This document shows, in pieces, positions 1 to 10,599 of a stretch of 64,000 bases of DNA. A model generated the notes under the pieces. The model had not been told where the DNA came from. It ran no database searches and saw only the letters and a program-made list of their open reading frames with translations. Every line of letters starts with the position of its first letter. Within the stretch, counting starts at the first letter, position 1. The translations under genes and the position numbers were made by a program. The DNA comes from Azolla caroliniana (lineage: Eukaryota > Plantae > Polypodiophyta): assembly GCA_043228905.1 (NCBI GenBank), contig JBHGNT010000014.1:12400001-12464000 (forward strand). Direction: 5' to 3'.

Positions 1-224
1 ACATTCAAATACTAGTCTTTCAAAACTTCTGGAAAATCAATTTATACAGTGGTGTTCTTTTATATGAGACAATCTACCTATGTCATCAGCAATGTGTAGT
101 GGATGTGAATTAAAAGACTTTCAGCATGGGCAGTAGCAAATATAATACAAGCTTCTCCATCTTATCACATTTCTCAGTTAGAGGAATAGAAAAAGAAAAA
201 TAATCAATGATGGCATAGTTCCTA

Positions 225-424
225 GGGAAAAACTCTGAAATGCCCCTCCCTTTTTTTCCCAAACACTCTTGAGGTTTGTGTTATTTCTCCAAATACCCCA
301 TTGAACCTCTGAAATAGAGAGAGGCCTGTAACTGCTGAAATAGCACATAAAGATGCCAAAGAGGTGAGTTACCAGAGGGATTTATGTCAATAAAGAAAAG
401 GTTGGGTAATTTGGGGATTTCCCC
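225..424. mobile_element. Mutator-like MITE (degenerate)
   Basis: Imperfect TIRs GGGAAAAACTCTGAAATGCCC / GGGTAATTTGGGGATTTCCCC, flanked by 9-bp near-duplicate TAGTTCCTA (216-224) / TAATTTCTA (425-433). Confidence 0.55.
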
Positions 425-905
425 TAATTTCTATAATTCCATGAACATATGCCTCAGAGAGAGAAATAACCTGACACTCAGCAGCTTGTTGGGATTAAAG
501 GCCCTTTACGTTTCTCTAACTAAACTAGAAAAAAGTTTGTATATCATTTAAAATTTTCTAATTTTTGTTAAATTTTTACAGTCTCATTTTCAGAACTATA
601 CTACAACTTCTAAAAGAATATTTTGTACTTTGAATGGGATCCTTGGACAAGATTCCCACTCAGCATTTAAAGCTCTTCTTTTAAGAGCATATTCTATGTA
701 TCTTGGATAGCACATATACATATACATATGTGTGTGTGCACTCCTACCCTGTATAATTTTGAAGTTGTACGCTTTTGTTTCGCATAACTGCTTCTACTTC
801 TTTAATCCCTCCTATGTGTTAAACCCCATAATTGTTTTTAGTTTTTATATCTCTTCCTTTAGATATTTCAGAAAACTGTCATTCTATCCTCTACTTCATT
901 ACAAC

Positions 906-3250
906 TAGTATCAGACTGAGTGTTGCATCCTTTCAGGATCTCCATCTCTTAGTCTTCCACCTTGAATAAGTGGGAGTTTTTCTTTCATATTTATTCTGTA
1001 TTCCTTCTTTCACCATGGCAAATACATCAGCCAATGTTGGGGTAGAATTCAGGAAATTTGATGAGCACTAGATTTGACTTATGGAAAGTTAGAATGGAAA
1101 GCACACTTTACTTACATGGATGTGCAGAAGCATTGGAGGAAAACCAATCAGCTGGTATGGATGATGTAACTTAAAAACTGCTCAATCATAAGGCAGTTAC
1201 CCACATTTACATGGCAGTATCAGATGAAGTTTTAGGAAATATCAAGGGGCTGACTAGTGGTCATGAGGTATGGAGTCAACTATCCCAGTGAATCAAGTTA
1301 ACTTGATGAGAAGGCTCATCATTGCACGACTTGAAGATGCCAAGTCTGCAGCTTAACTCATTTCCACATTCAATGGTCTACTAAATCAACTTCAAGATGT
1401 GATTTGTTCCAAGGATTAAGAAGAGCTTTTATCTGTGGGATAGCTTGATTTACAAGGCTATTCTACAATCTTCACAAGTGAAGCATGGAAGATTGTACGT
1501 GGAACAAGACTTGTTGCCTGAGAAAGCAACAGAGGTACACTCTATTGCCTTTTAGGTTGAGCTCTTTCTGTCAATTCATTACAGTTGCGGAAGCAAAAAA
1601 TGGATTAGAATTGTGGCACAAAAGATTATGTCATATGAGCCAAAAGGGCTTGGCCATTCTACTCTCTTCTCAGAAGCTAGTGATCAAAAGTAATAAACGT
1701 GAGTTTTTTGCAATGATTACCTTTATAGAAAACAAGTAAGGGTTCTTATAATATTGGTTCTTCAGGAAAACATCACCACTTGAGATCATATACTCTTATT
1801 TATGAGCTACACCTACTAAATCCTTAGGATACTTCTTACATTTTGTAACTTTCATTGATTATTACTCCAAAAAGTGTTGAGCATATTGGCTAAAGGATAA
1901 GACAGAAGTGTTTGTTGTTTTCAGAAACCTTCATGCCTTTATCACTACTCCAATAGGTTTGAAACTGAAATGTCTAAGGACAAGCAATGGAGGAGAGTAT
2001 ATCAACAATCGATTTACAGTTTTTTGTGCAGAAAATGGAATCAAGAGAGAGCTACAGCTCCATACAATCCAGCATCTAATGAGTGGCTAAACGATACAAT
2101 TGGACATTATGTGAAAATGTTCAATGTATGCTATCCACATCTAATCTCCCTCACGAACTTTGGGGAGAGGCTTTACAAACTGCAACGCATATTATTAATC
2201 GATCCCCAGACAATTCACACAAAGGTGGCATACCGAAGTAGACTTGGTCTAGCAAATAAGCCTCATATGATCATCTACGCTTGGTTGTGAAGCTTTCGTG
2301 GACATTAGACAAGAGCTAAGAAACAAACCAAATGCAAAATCCCTCAAAGGCATCTTTCAAGGATATGGTGTAGAAAGTGAGATGGGTTATAGAATTTGGT
2401 TACCACATCTCCAAAAGGTAATCAGAAGTTGTGATGTTGCATTCAATGAAGCAGAAAAAAGCAATTGTACCTCATTAGAATCAACAAACAAAGTGAAATT
2501 TCAGCAACAACCACCCATTGACTCAAGAATAACATCTCAGGGTGATGAGCGAGTAGACATCTACAAACTAATTATGTTGCCAAAAGAGGATCGGCAGCAA
2601 AACAGGGAAATTTTAGACCCTAAAGATGAAGATCAAATAAAGCCACCTACAAATGAAGACACTTTTCTCTATTTCAGTCTTTTTGAATTTGGTGTTAAAC
2701 CAAGTGGATGTGAAGAAGACTTTCCTTCATGGTAGCCTAGATGAGGAACTTTATATGTTGCAACTTGAAGGGTTCCCAATTCCAGGAAAAGAGTTTTTAG
2801 TTTGTAAACTTCAGCGCAGCCTCAATGGGCTGAAACAAGCCCTACATCTTTGGTATAAGAAATTTGATTCTTTCATGCTCTCAAATGGCTTCATTAGAAG
2901 TACGGCAGATCCTTGTCTCTATATGAAAAAGGAAACTAATGGCAGTGTCATTATTTTGGTTTTGTATGTTGATGAGATGCTCATTGCAGGAAAGCATGAA
3001 ACAACTCTGCAGGAATTACAAATGCAAATTCAAATCTACATTTTCTATGAAAGAGATCGAAAATGCTGAGCATATTCTTTGAATAAGAATCGAACGGGAT
3101 AAACAGAAGATGCTACTATATGTGCCCAAGAGAAGTACATTAGAAGGTATTGGAAAGGTTTCAGATGATTGATGCAAAGCCATCTTAAATGCCTCTTCAA
3201 TCACAAGAAAATCTTTCAAAGGCACATTATCCCAAAACCAAAGAGGAAAC
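906..3250 (+). mobile_element. Degenerate Ty1/Copia retrotransposon (gag, integrase, RT remnants)
   Basis: PBS-like TAGTATCAGA at 906; broken ORFs with ELWHKRLCHMS (pre-integrase), CLRTSNGGEY (integrase), QVDVKKTFLHG, GLKQA, VLYVDEML (RT); many stops and frameshifts; ends approximate. Confidence 0.85.
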
Positions 3251-3420
3251 AGAAAAAATGCAAAATACAAAGATGAGGCTAGAGAGAATGTAATCAATCT
3301 TGTTTGGAAATAAATGAGGATTTGAACAAGATTGAGCTAAAGGAAGCATTAAAAGAGGAAGAAATGGACATTATGAGTGAAATGAAGAATGTATGCACAA
3401 CGAAAACCCAAGCAAGCATC

Positions 3421-4566
3421 ATGCTTTGTTAAATACAAAGATGATGGCGTGCTTTTTGCAAATACTTTGGAAGATCCACAAAAGCTTATTAGGGTATTGG
3501 AAGAGTTGCATGCATACTAAGTTGTGTCAATAGCTCTAAAAAATATGATGCTTGTAAAACAACAAAAGACAGATAAACCACGCATTAATGTACTAGCCAC
3601 TTGAAATTGTGGAAAGGTTTAAATATCTTGGCCTTGACATTCCCTAGAATCATAGATGGAAAGAATGTGCTACCTACCAGGCGAGATAGAGAGACAATCA
3701 TGAATTTGAGAACACATACTTCAATGCTTTGGTGACACCAATGCTTCTCTATGGGGTGCAACTATGAGGCTGTGGCATCCTAGCTACACTTAAGAAAGAG
3801 TTTGAAAATGTCTAAAAGTAGTCTCTTACAAAGATTCTCCTTAGTCAAGAAACAAGCACCATACACCCTTTTATTGCGAGAGGATAATATTCTATTGAGA
3901 TCATGGCCATAGAGAGGGTTGTTTTCAGGACATGCATAAGGTTCAAAAAAGTCCCTCACATTAATTTCCTAAAATCCCAAGAAAAGCAAACAAAAAATTC
4001 AAACACATAAAATTAAAATTGGATGCAAGATATGAAAAAATGGTTTGGAAGATAGAATATAACATAATTGATTCATGATGCATCAATAAATTCCTCAGTG
4101 AACAGAGCCTTTTTGCAACACCAATGAATCATGACATGGAAAAAATATGGAGACTCAAGTTTCACAAATTATACTACTACATATGTTGCATCTAACTACA
4201 AAACCTATTCTTCATTACACAAGGAAATTGCAAGGACTGATACATTTAGTGCCCATCACAAGACATTCAGGCACAGGTGATGAGACTAGTTTACTATGCA
4301 CATTTTGCCTTCAAGTAGTCCATGAGTCTACTTATCACGCTCTGATACCTATGATCACATTCGAGTATGCTCTCTACACATCTTCAAACCAACCCACTGC
4401 TTGCACGGATTTCTCTCATAGTCACCATATGATGCACTCTCAATTGTCACATTCATTAGTAAGGTCTTGAAAATCAAGATTTTCAACTCACTTTCACATG
4501 CATACATGAAAATGTTATATATTTGGTCTCATAGGCCATTTTTTACCTCCAAAGACAGTAATTAAA
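3421..4566 (+). mobile_element. Old 5'-truncated RTE/RTEX-like LINE, subfamily A
   Basis: Colinear and similar to 18667-19960 over its length, including 3' motif GGTCTCATAGGCCATTTTTTACCTCCAAAGAC followed by TCTCTCT. Confidence 0.8.
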
Positions 4567-4939
4567 TCTCTCTGTCACAAACATTTCCACCATAGCTTTA
4601 GAATTTTGTTTCAGAAAGTATACCCACATCTTTATACCTCAATGATCGATGGTTAGCATAAAGCAGGGAGTTTTTCCAATTTCTTTCCATTCTTTTTCAT
4701 TCTTCCATAGGATATCCCCCATGGACCAGCTTCCTTATTATGTGTATAATATTTTTCAATGATGCTTCATTGCATCAATTCTAAATCAATAGCTTCTTTT
4801 GATCCATATCATTAACTATTATCAACAATTCTTAATCCACAATGATGACATGTCCCTTTGCAATCCTCCATCTCATTCTTCCATTTTTGAGCATTGACTA
4901 AAAATGTTGAATCATTGCTTGTCTTCCCTTCTTAATCAG

Positions 4940-5535
4940 AGCTTGACTACATCTTATCTCTATTTTCTTTCCATACAATATCTAATCGAAATAGTTCTAT
5001 CAAATAGGACATTATTCAAATGAAATGGTTAGGCCTTTTCTACATCCTATGTCTGTTTTTCATTGCAGGTAAAATCTTCGATAAATATCTACCACAAGAA
5101 ATGATATAGTTAGGCCTCTCTACATCTTCTATCTTATTTTCTTTGCAAGTAAAATCTTAACCAAAAGTTCTATCAGATAAAATGATATTCAAAATCATAT
5201 GTTTTGGACTTCTCTACATCTTACGCCCTATTTTCTTCATGTGAAGGATCTAAACCAAAATATTCAATAATAGGAATGTATCCAAATGATATAGTTAGTC
5301 TTGATCTACATCATTTCCTATTTTCTTAGCTGAACACTGGTGGCATGCCTAACACATGTAAGTTGGGTGTTTTCAAAGGCGTACAGATGAATAGCACGTG
5401 AGAAGATCCAAACCCAAACGTTCTACCAATAGTTGACAATAATTTCTATACCATTGAATGCAGAAAATTAAAATGATATAGTTAGGACATCTCTATATCT
5501 TATCTCCTATTTTCTTTGCGGCTGAGACCTAGACC
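4940..5535. repeat. Degenerate tandem repeat, ~80-100 bp units
   Basis: Recurrent ATGATATAGTTAGG...CTCTACATCTT...TATTTTCTTT...AAAATCT...GTTCTATCA motifs, about 6 copies. Confidence 0.6.
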
Positions 5536-5721
5536 ATAATTTGTTCAATAATATACAATGCATATATATTAACACACACATACTCATATACGTCTATAAA
5601 TTTCCACCTTTTTCACATTCAACTAGCCTATATCTACTTGCAAGAAAGAAAAGGAGAGGAAAAGTTTCAGAAAAGTGTGAACTATTTTTTGTATTATATG
5701 AATCAATTTTTATGAGCTTAC

Positions 5722-6013
5722 GGTTGCAAGAAACAGGTTGAGAAGGAGCCGAAGGAAAATGCCATTTCATGTCAGAGAAGCCGAAGCCATGGCGGAGAGG
5801 GGCATTGTTAGGGCCATTATCACCCAGTCCATGAAGCCATATAGTAGCCCAAGAAGAAGAGGAAGAAGAAGACGTTGTTGACGATGGAGATGGAGAAGAG
5901 GATGAAGCCATGGAAGCTTTGCTTATGAAGTTGGGCCTAGGGAAGAAAGCACAGAAGCTCAACCCTAAGGCCACCATAGCAATGAGCCATATAATAAGGA
6001 GTTGACTTCTCAT
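5722..6013 (-). CDS. Exon 1 of SOBER1-like carboxylesterase / acyl-protein thioesterase (alpha/beta hydrolase)
   Basis: IWLHGLGDNGP...KWHFPSAPSQPVSCN is typical of the Abhydrolase_2 family; hydrophobic N-terminus; exon ends at donor C|GTAAGC (intron starts 5721). Further exons not recognised inside the window. Confidence 0.85.
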
Positions 6014-6093
6014 CTCATCTTAAGGTTCTTGAGATGTTGTTGTTTGCATGCTAATTAATATGTTTGTGTTGGGGGGGGGGGGGGGGGGGGGGT

Positions 6094-6620
6094 TGTAACA
6101 CCACCGAAATTTCGCAATAAGGGTGGATCGCCGATTGGGTTCAAACTCACGTGTCTACGTTTTTTGCTAAGGGAAAATATAATTAAGGGAGAGAACTTGG
6201 ATATGTTGAACCTCCGCCCAACCACCCTCTGTCCAACTTATAATGGTATTTAATAGAAGTCATTAGGGAGATTCCCTTCTTCCATATAGGTAGTTGACTT
6301 CATTTAAAGATTATTCAAATGCCTAGGGAGATTCCCTTTCCCCACTTAGGTACTTGAGTACTATGGTATTAAATGCACTAGATGTCACATTCCCCATGTG
6401 CACCTTACCTTAGGAATGGTACATGTACCATAAGCCCCATGCTCACACCTTGAGTCATGGGTGTCTTCTCCATCCATCGAGAAGACTTAGAAGGCCATGA
6501 CTCTTACCTCGAGTCATGGGCACCTTCTCTATCCGTCGAGAAAGGCCCTCACCTCAATCCGTCGAGGTGGGGTGTTGTGGTTCCAATCATGGAACCCCTC
6601 AACACATCGGATGTGTTACA
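6094..6620 (-). repeat. 3' LTR of the chromovirus
   Basis: Matches 17246-17670 except for a ~65-bp deletion near 6241; terminal inverted TGTAACA/TGTTACA; purine tract abuts at 6621. Confidence 0.93.
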
Positions 6621-7098
6621 ATTCCCCCCTTTGAAGAAGACGTCCCCTCTTCATTTTAAAAGGGTGATGGGAGTTGTATGCATTAACCACATCTTCAAAT
6701 TGCCACAAGGTCGCGCCTTGTTGCCACGAGTTCTCTTCTGTGGGTTTGCCTTTCCATTGGCAATAGTAGAGCCTATTAGGCCCATTTTGGTTTGGTCGAT
6801 CCCGATGATGAAGGATGGCATCCAAGACGTAGTCGCTACCTTTGTCAATCACCAAAGCGGGACCCCTTCGAACCGCCATTTCCTCATGGTTTTCATCCAT
6901 GTAGCTCCTCTTGAGCAAGGAAATGTGAAACACCGGATGCACACCCATGTGTTCCGGTAGCTTGACTTTGTAAGTCAAAGGAGATAATTTCTCGATGATG
7001 GGAAAGGGACCATCGTACCGTCGAGCAAGCTTTGGAGTGATACCCTTTGGAAGAATAAATTGTTCACTATCCAACTTGACGAACACTAAGTCACCCAC
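6616..7098 (-). pseudogene. Integrase C-terminus (GPF motif) plus chromodomain, frameshifted from pol
   Basis: KLARRYDGPFPI...HPVFHISLLK then YVLDAILHHR...YYCQWKGKPTEENSW; frame changes near 7130. Confidence 0.9.
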
Positions 7099-7126
7099 TT
7101 CATATTCTTCATGCCTACGTTTGAGG

Positions 7127-10100
7127 TCAGCATATTTTGTACCGAGCTTGAGCCTTCTCCAAAGCCTCCTTAGCTTGGTTGAGGCAAGTGGACCACCTAT
7201 TCATTGTGATGTTGGCACTTGGAACAATGCTAGCTAAGGGTAACGCCATAAGGTCTCCAGGAGACAAAGGTTGGAACCCATAATTGAGTTCAAAGGGACT
7301 AAATCCCGTGGAATCTTGCTTATGGAGGTTGTAGGAGAACTCCGCTATGTCAAGGTATTGGGACCAATCCTTTTGATCCAAGCTAACATAATGGCAAAGG
7401 TAATCCTCCAATATTTGATTAGTCCTCTCCGTTTGACCATCTGTCTGTGGGTGATAGGAACTACTAAACTTGAGGTTAGTACCCATAAAAGCAAAAAGTG
7501 TGGACCAAAATTTACCGGTGAAGCGGCTATCACGATCGCTAATAATCTCTCTTGGGAGACCGTGGTATTTGAATACATTGGCAAAGAAAAGTTTCGCCAC
7601 ATACTCAGCATTCGCAGGGCTTTCATAGGCCACAAAGTGAGCATACTTCGTAAGTCGATCCACGACGACGAAGATACCCGTGTAGTTTTGGCTCTCCGGC
7701 AAGCTTATTATGAAGTCCATGCTAAGGGATTCCCATGGTTGATTCGGGATGCTTAAGGGTTGAAGCAATCCCGCGGGCTTGCATCTTTCGGCTTTGTCTT
7801 GTTGGCACACTTGGCATCCTCTCACATAGGCTTGAACTTCTTGGTCCATGTGTGGCCAAAAGTACCTACGAGTCAACATTTCCATGGTTTTATCCCCACC
7901 GGGGTGTCCGGCCCACAATGTGTCATGACACTCATACATTACTTCTTTCCTCACTACTTGAGGTACATAGAGTCTTTGTTGCTTGAAGTAGATCACCCCA
8001 TCTTTGAGAGATAGGTGGGTCACCTTTTCACCATTAGCAAACGAATGAAGACACTTTTGTGCATATTCATCACCATGATATGCACTCTTGAGGGTTGGCA
8101 ACATATTAGTATCAATCACCACATGCATGACCGCCAAATGGGCCCTTCGACTAAGAGCATCGGCTACCACATTTTGCTTTCCGGGCTTGTACTTGAGGTC
8201 GAAATCATAACCGGCAAGGAAGTCTTGCCACCGAGCTTGCTTTGCAGTGAGTTTTGGTTGCGAAGCAAAGTACGTTGATGTGATGTTATCTGTGTGGACG
8301 GTGAAGTGCCTCCCCACCAAGTAATGCCTCCATGTACGAAGACAATGGACGATGGCCGCCATCTCCTTCTCATGGGTGGGGTATCGTGTCTCCCGATCCA
8401 TGAGCTTCTTGCTCTCAAATGCCACCGGCCTTCCTTCTTGCATGAGCACTCCACCCATGGCATAATCGGATGCATCAGTGTGAAGCTCAAAGGGCTTGTC
8501 AAAGTCGGGTAGCGCCAAGCATGGCGCCGTGCACAATGCCTCTTTTAAGGCATCAAAAGCACAAGCACACTTGTCACACCAAAACCACTTTTTCCCACTT
8601 TTAGTAAGGTTAGAAAGAGGAGTAGAGAGTCGAGCAAAATCATCAATAAACACACGATAGAAGGAAGCCAAACCAAGGAAAGAACGGACATCTGTTACCG
8701 AACGCGGGGTAGGCCATTCCTTGATTGCACGAAGCTTTTCCTCTTCGGGTTGTAGCTCACCACGAGCTATTTTGAAGCCGAGGAAGTACACTACTTCCAC
8801 ACCAAAGTCGCATTTGGATTTCTTCACATAGAGATGGTTCTCCCTTAATCTTTGGAGAGCCATCTCAACATCCTTCAAGTGTTGGTCCCAAGTAGGGCTA
8901 AAGACAAGCAAGTCGTCGAGGTAGACCACAATGCATTTGTCGAGTTCCGGCCCAAACACTTGATTCATGAGTGTACTAAAGGTTGCTACAGCATTGGTTA
9001 AGCCCATCGACATTACGAGCCACTCATATGAGCCATATCGTGTTCGCATGGCGGTTTTCTCCACATCACCTTCGGCGATCCTCACTTGATAGTATCCCGA
9101 ACAAAGATCCATCTTGGTGAAGTACCGCGCCTTCCCTAGTTGGTCGAACATCTCTCGAAGGTTGGGGAGAGGGTAGTGATTCTTGATGGTGAGCTTGTTC
9201 AATGCTCGATAATCGACGCACATTCTCAAGCTTCCATCCTTCTTCTTGACGAAGAGCACCGGGGCACCATAAGGAGATCTAGAAGGGCGTATGAATCCCG
9301 CCTCTAATAGCTCGTTAATTTGATGCTTTAATTCCGCATTCTCGGCAACGCTTAAGCGATAAGGACTCTTCACGGGAGGAGTGCATCCCGGCACCACCTC
9401 GATGCGATGATCAACCTCTCTTTTTGGAGGCAACTCCTTTGGTAAAGCGTTGGGCATGACGTCTTGAAACCTATCTAACAAAACCATCATGTTAGGATGA
9501 ATACCCTTTACGGGCATGGCATGACAGAGATCATTAGTATCCTTAAATATAGCGGCTACCATAAGGCAACCCTTTCGGGCTACCTTCTTGAGTTGCATGG
9601 AGGAGAGAATTTTTGGGAGGGGGTTAGGGCGAGAAGAGGAAGCTTTTACAACATGAAGTTTATCTTGCAAAAATAGAACTTGCTCACCAAAAGGGTAGGG
9701 TAGTGCGCGCGCCAATCTCGCCCAAGATTGACCTAAAACCACATCAAAATCGTCCATCTCGACGATGCTAAACTCAACGCGCACGGTCACCTCTCCAATA
9801 GTAACCACAACATTAGGAGCAATCCGCCCCACTTGCTCCTCCTTTCCGTTGACGGTCTTCCAAGTGCCCTTGGAATTCACCTCCATACGTAGCCCACACG
9901 CTTTGGCGAGGGTCAGCGTCATGAATTCGTGAGACGCACCCGTATCCATCATCGCTTGACACAAACGACCATTGATTAGAGCACTAACATAAAGTAATGA
10001 ATGCTCACTCTTTACCTCATGAACCGCACACAAACGCTTGATGTGCCCCATGGTTCGATCGTTCGCGTCGTCATCCGAATCCTTAACAAGTGAGTGGAGT

Positions 10101-10324
10101 TGGCCTTTGAGAGGGCAATCTCTCGCGAAATGGTCACCTTGGCAAATGAAACATTCAAGCTTCCTTTTCACGGCAACATCCTTAGGCTTGAAGGAATTCA
10201 CATTCGTGGTCTTCGCGGAAGGAAACTTCTTTGCAACATTTTGGCCATTGATGGGGGGTCGAGATCCACCTCCTTGAGAATTATAAGCCACCTTCTTGAA
10301 GGGATGAGTATTGTGTGCCTTCAA
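7127..10324 (-). CDS. Gypsy polyprotein: zinc knuckle, protease, RT, RNase H, integrase
   Basis: CFICQGDHFARDC, MDTGASH, MCVDYRALNK, VYLDDLL, HTDASD, GHPG...CQVC, SMDFI, PQTDGQTER. Confidence 0.95.
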   Translation of the reverse strand: MKAHNTHPFKKVAYNSQGGGSRPPINGQNVAKKFPSAKTTNVNSFKPKDVAVKRKLECFICQGDHFARDCPLKGQLHSLVKDSDDDANDRTMGHIKRLCAVHEVKSEHSLLYVSALINGRLCQAMMDTGASHEFMTLTLAKACGLRMEVNSKGTWKTVNGKEEQVGRIAPNVVVTIGEVTVRVEFSIVEMDDFDVVLGQSWARLARALPYPFGEQVLFLQDKLHVVKASSSRPNPLPKILSSMQLKKVARKGCLMVAAIFKDTNDLCHAMPVKGIHPNMMVLLDRFQDVMPNALPKELPPKREVDHRIEVVPGCTPPVKSPYRLSVAENAELKHQINELLEAGFIRPSRSPYGAPVLFVKKKDGSLRMCVDYRALNKLTIKNHYPLPNLREMFDQLGKARYFTKMDLCSGYYQVRIAEGDVEKTAMRTRYGSYEWLVMSMGLTNAVATFSTLMNQVFGPELDKCIVVYLDDLLVFSPTWDQHLKDVEMALQRLRENHLYVKKSKCDFGVEVVYFLGFKIARGELQPEEEKLRAIKEWPTPRSVTDVRSFLGLASFYRVFIDDFARLSTPLSNLTKSGKKWFWCDKCACAFDALKEALCTAPCLALPDFDKPFELHTDASDYAMGGVLMQEGRPVAFESKKLMDRETRYPTHEKEMAAIVHCLRTWRHYLVGRHFTVHTDNITSTYFASQPKLTAKQARWQDFLAGYDFDLKYKPGKQNVVADALSRRAHLAVMHVVIDTNMLPTLKSAYHGDEYAQKCLHSFANGEKVTHLSLKDGVIYFKQQRLYVPQVVRKEVMYECHDTLWAGHPGGDKTMEMLTRRYFWPHMDQEVQAYVRGCQVCQQDKAERCKPAGLLQPLSIPNQPWESLSMDFIISLPESQNYTGIFVVVDRLTKYAHFVAYESPANAEYVAKLFFANVFKYHGLPREIISDRDSRFTGKFWSTLFAFMGTNLKFSSSYHPQTDGQTERTNQILEDYLCHYVSLDQKDWSQYLDIAEFSYNLHKQDSTGFSPFELNYGFQPLSPGDLMALPLASIVPSANITMNRWSTCLNQAKEALEKAQARYKIC

Positions 10325-10599
10325 ATTTGGAGGACCCCTCTTTTCTTTGTCTTTGCCATCGGAGGAGCCACCTTGAGAATGCCAATCGGTGAGGCGATCC
10401 GCCGCTTCATAAGCGGCCGCAAGAGTCGTTACATTTTGTCGGCGTAGCTCGTTTTGGGCCTACTCTTTCAATCGGTTGGTAAACGCAAAGAAACGATCTT
10501 CTTCTCCCATGGAGCGGATTTGTAACATAAGAGCCCGAAAGGATTTAATATAATCCTTGATATGGCCCGTGTGACGAAGTAGATCAAGTTGTTGGCGAG

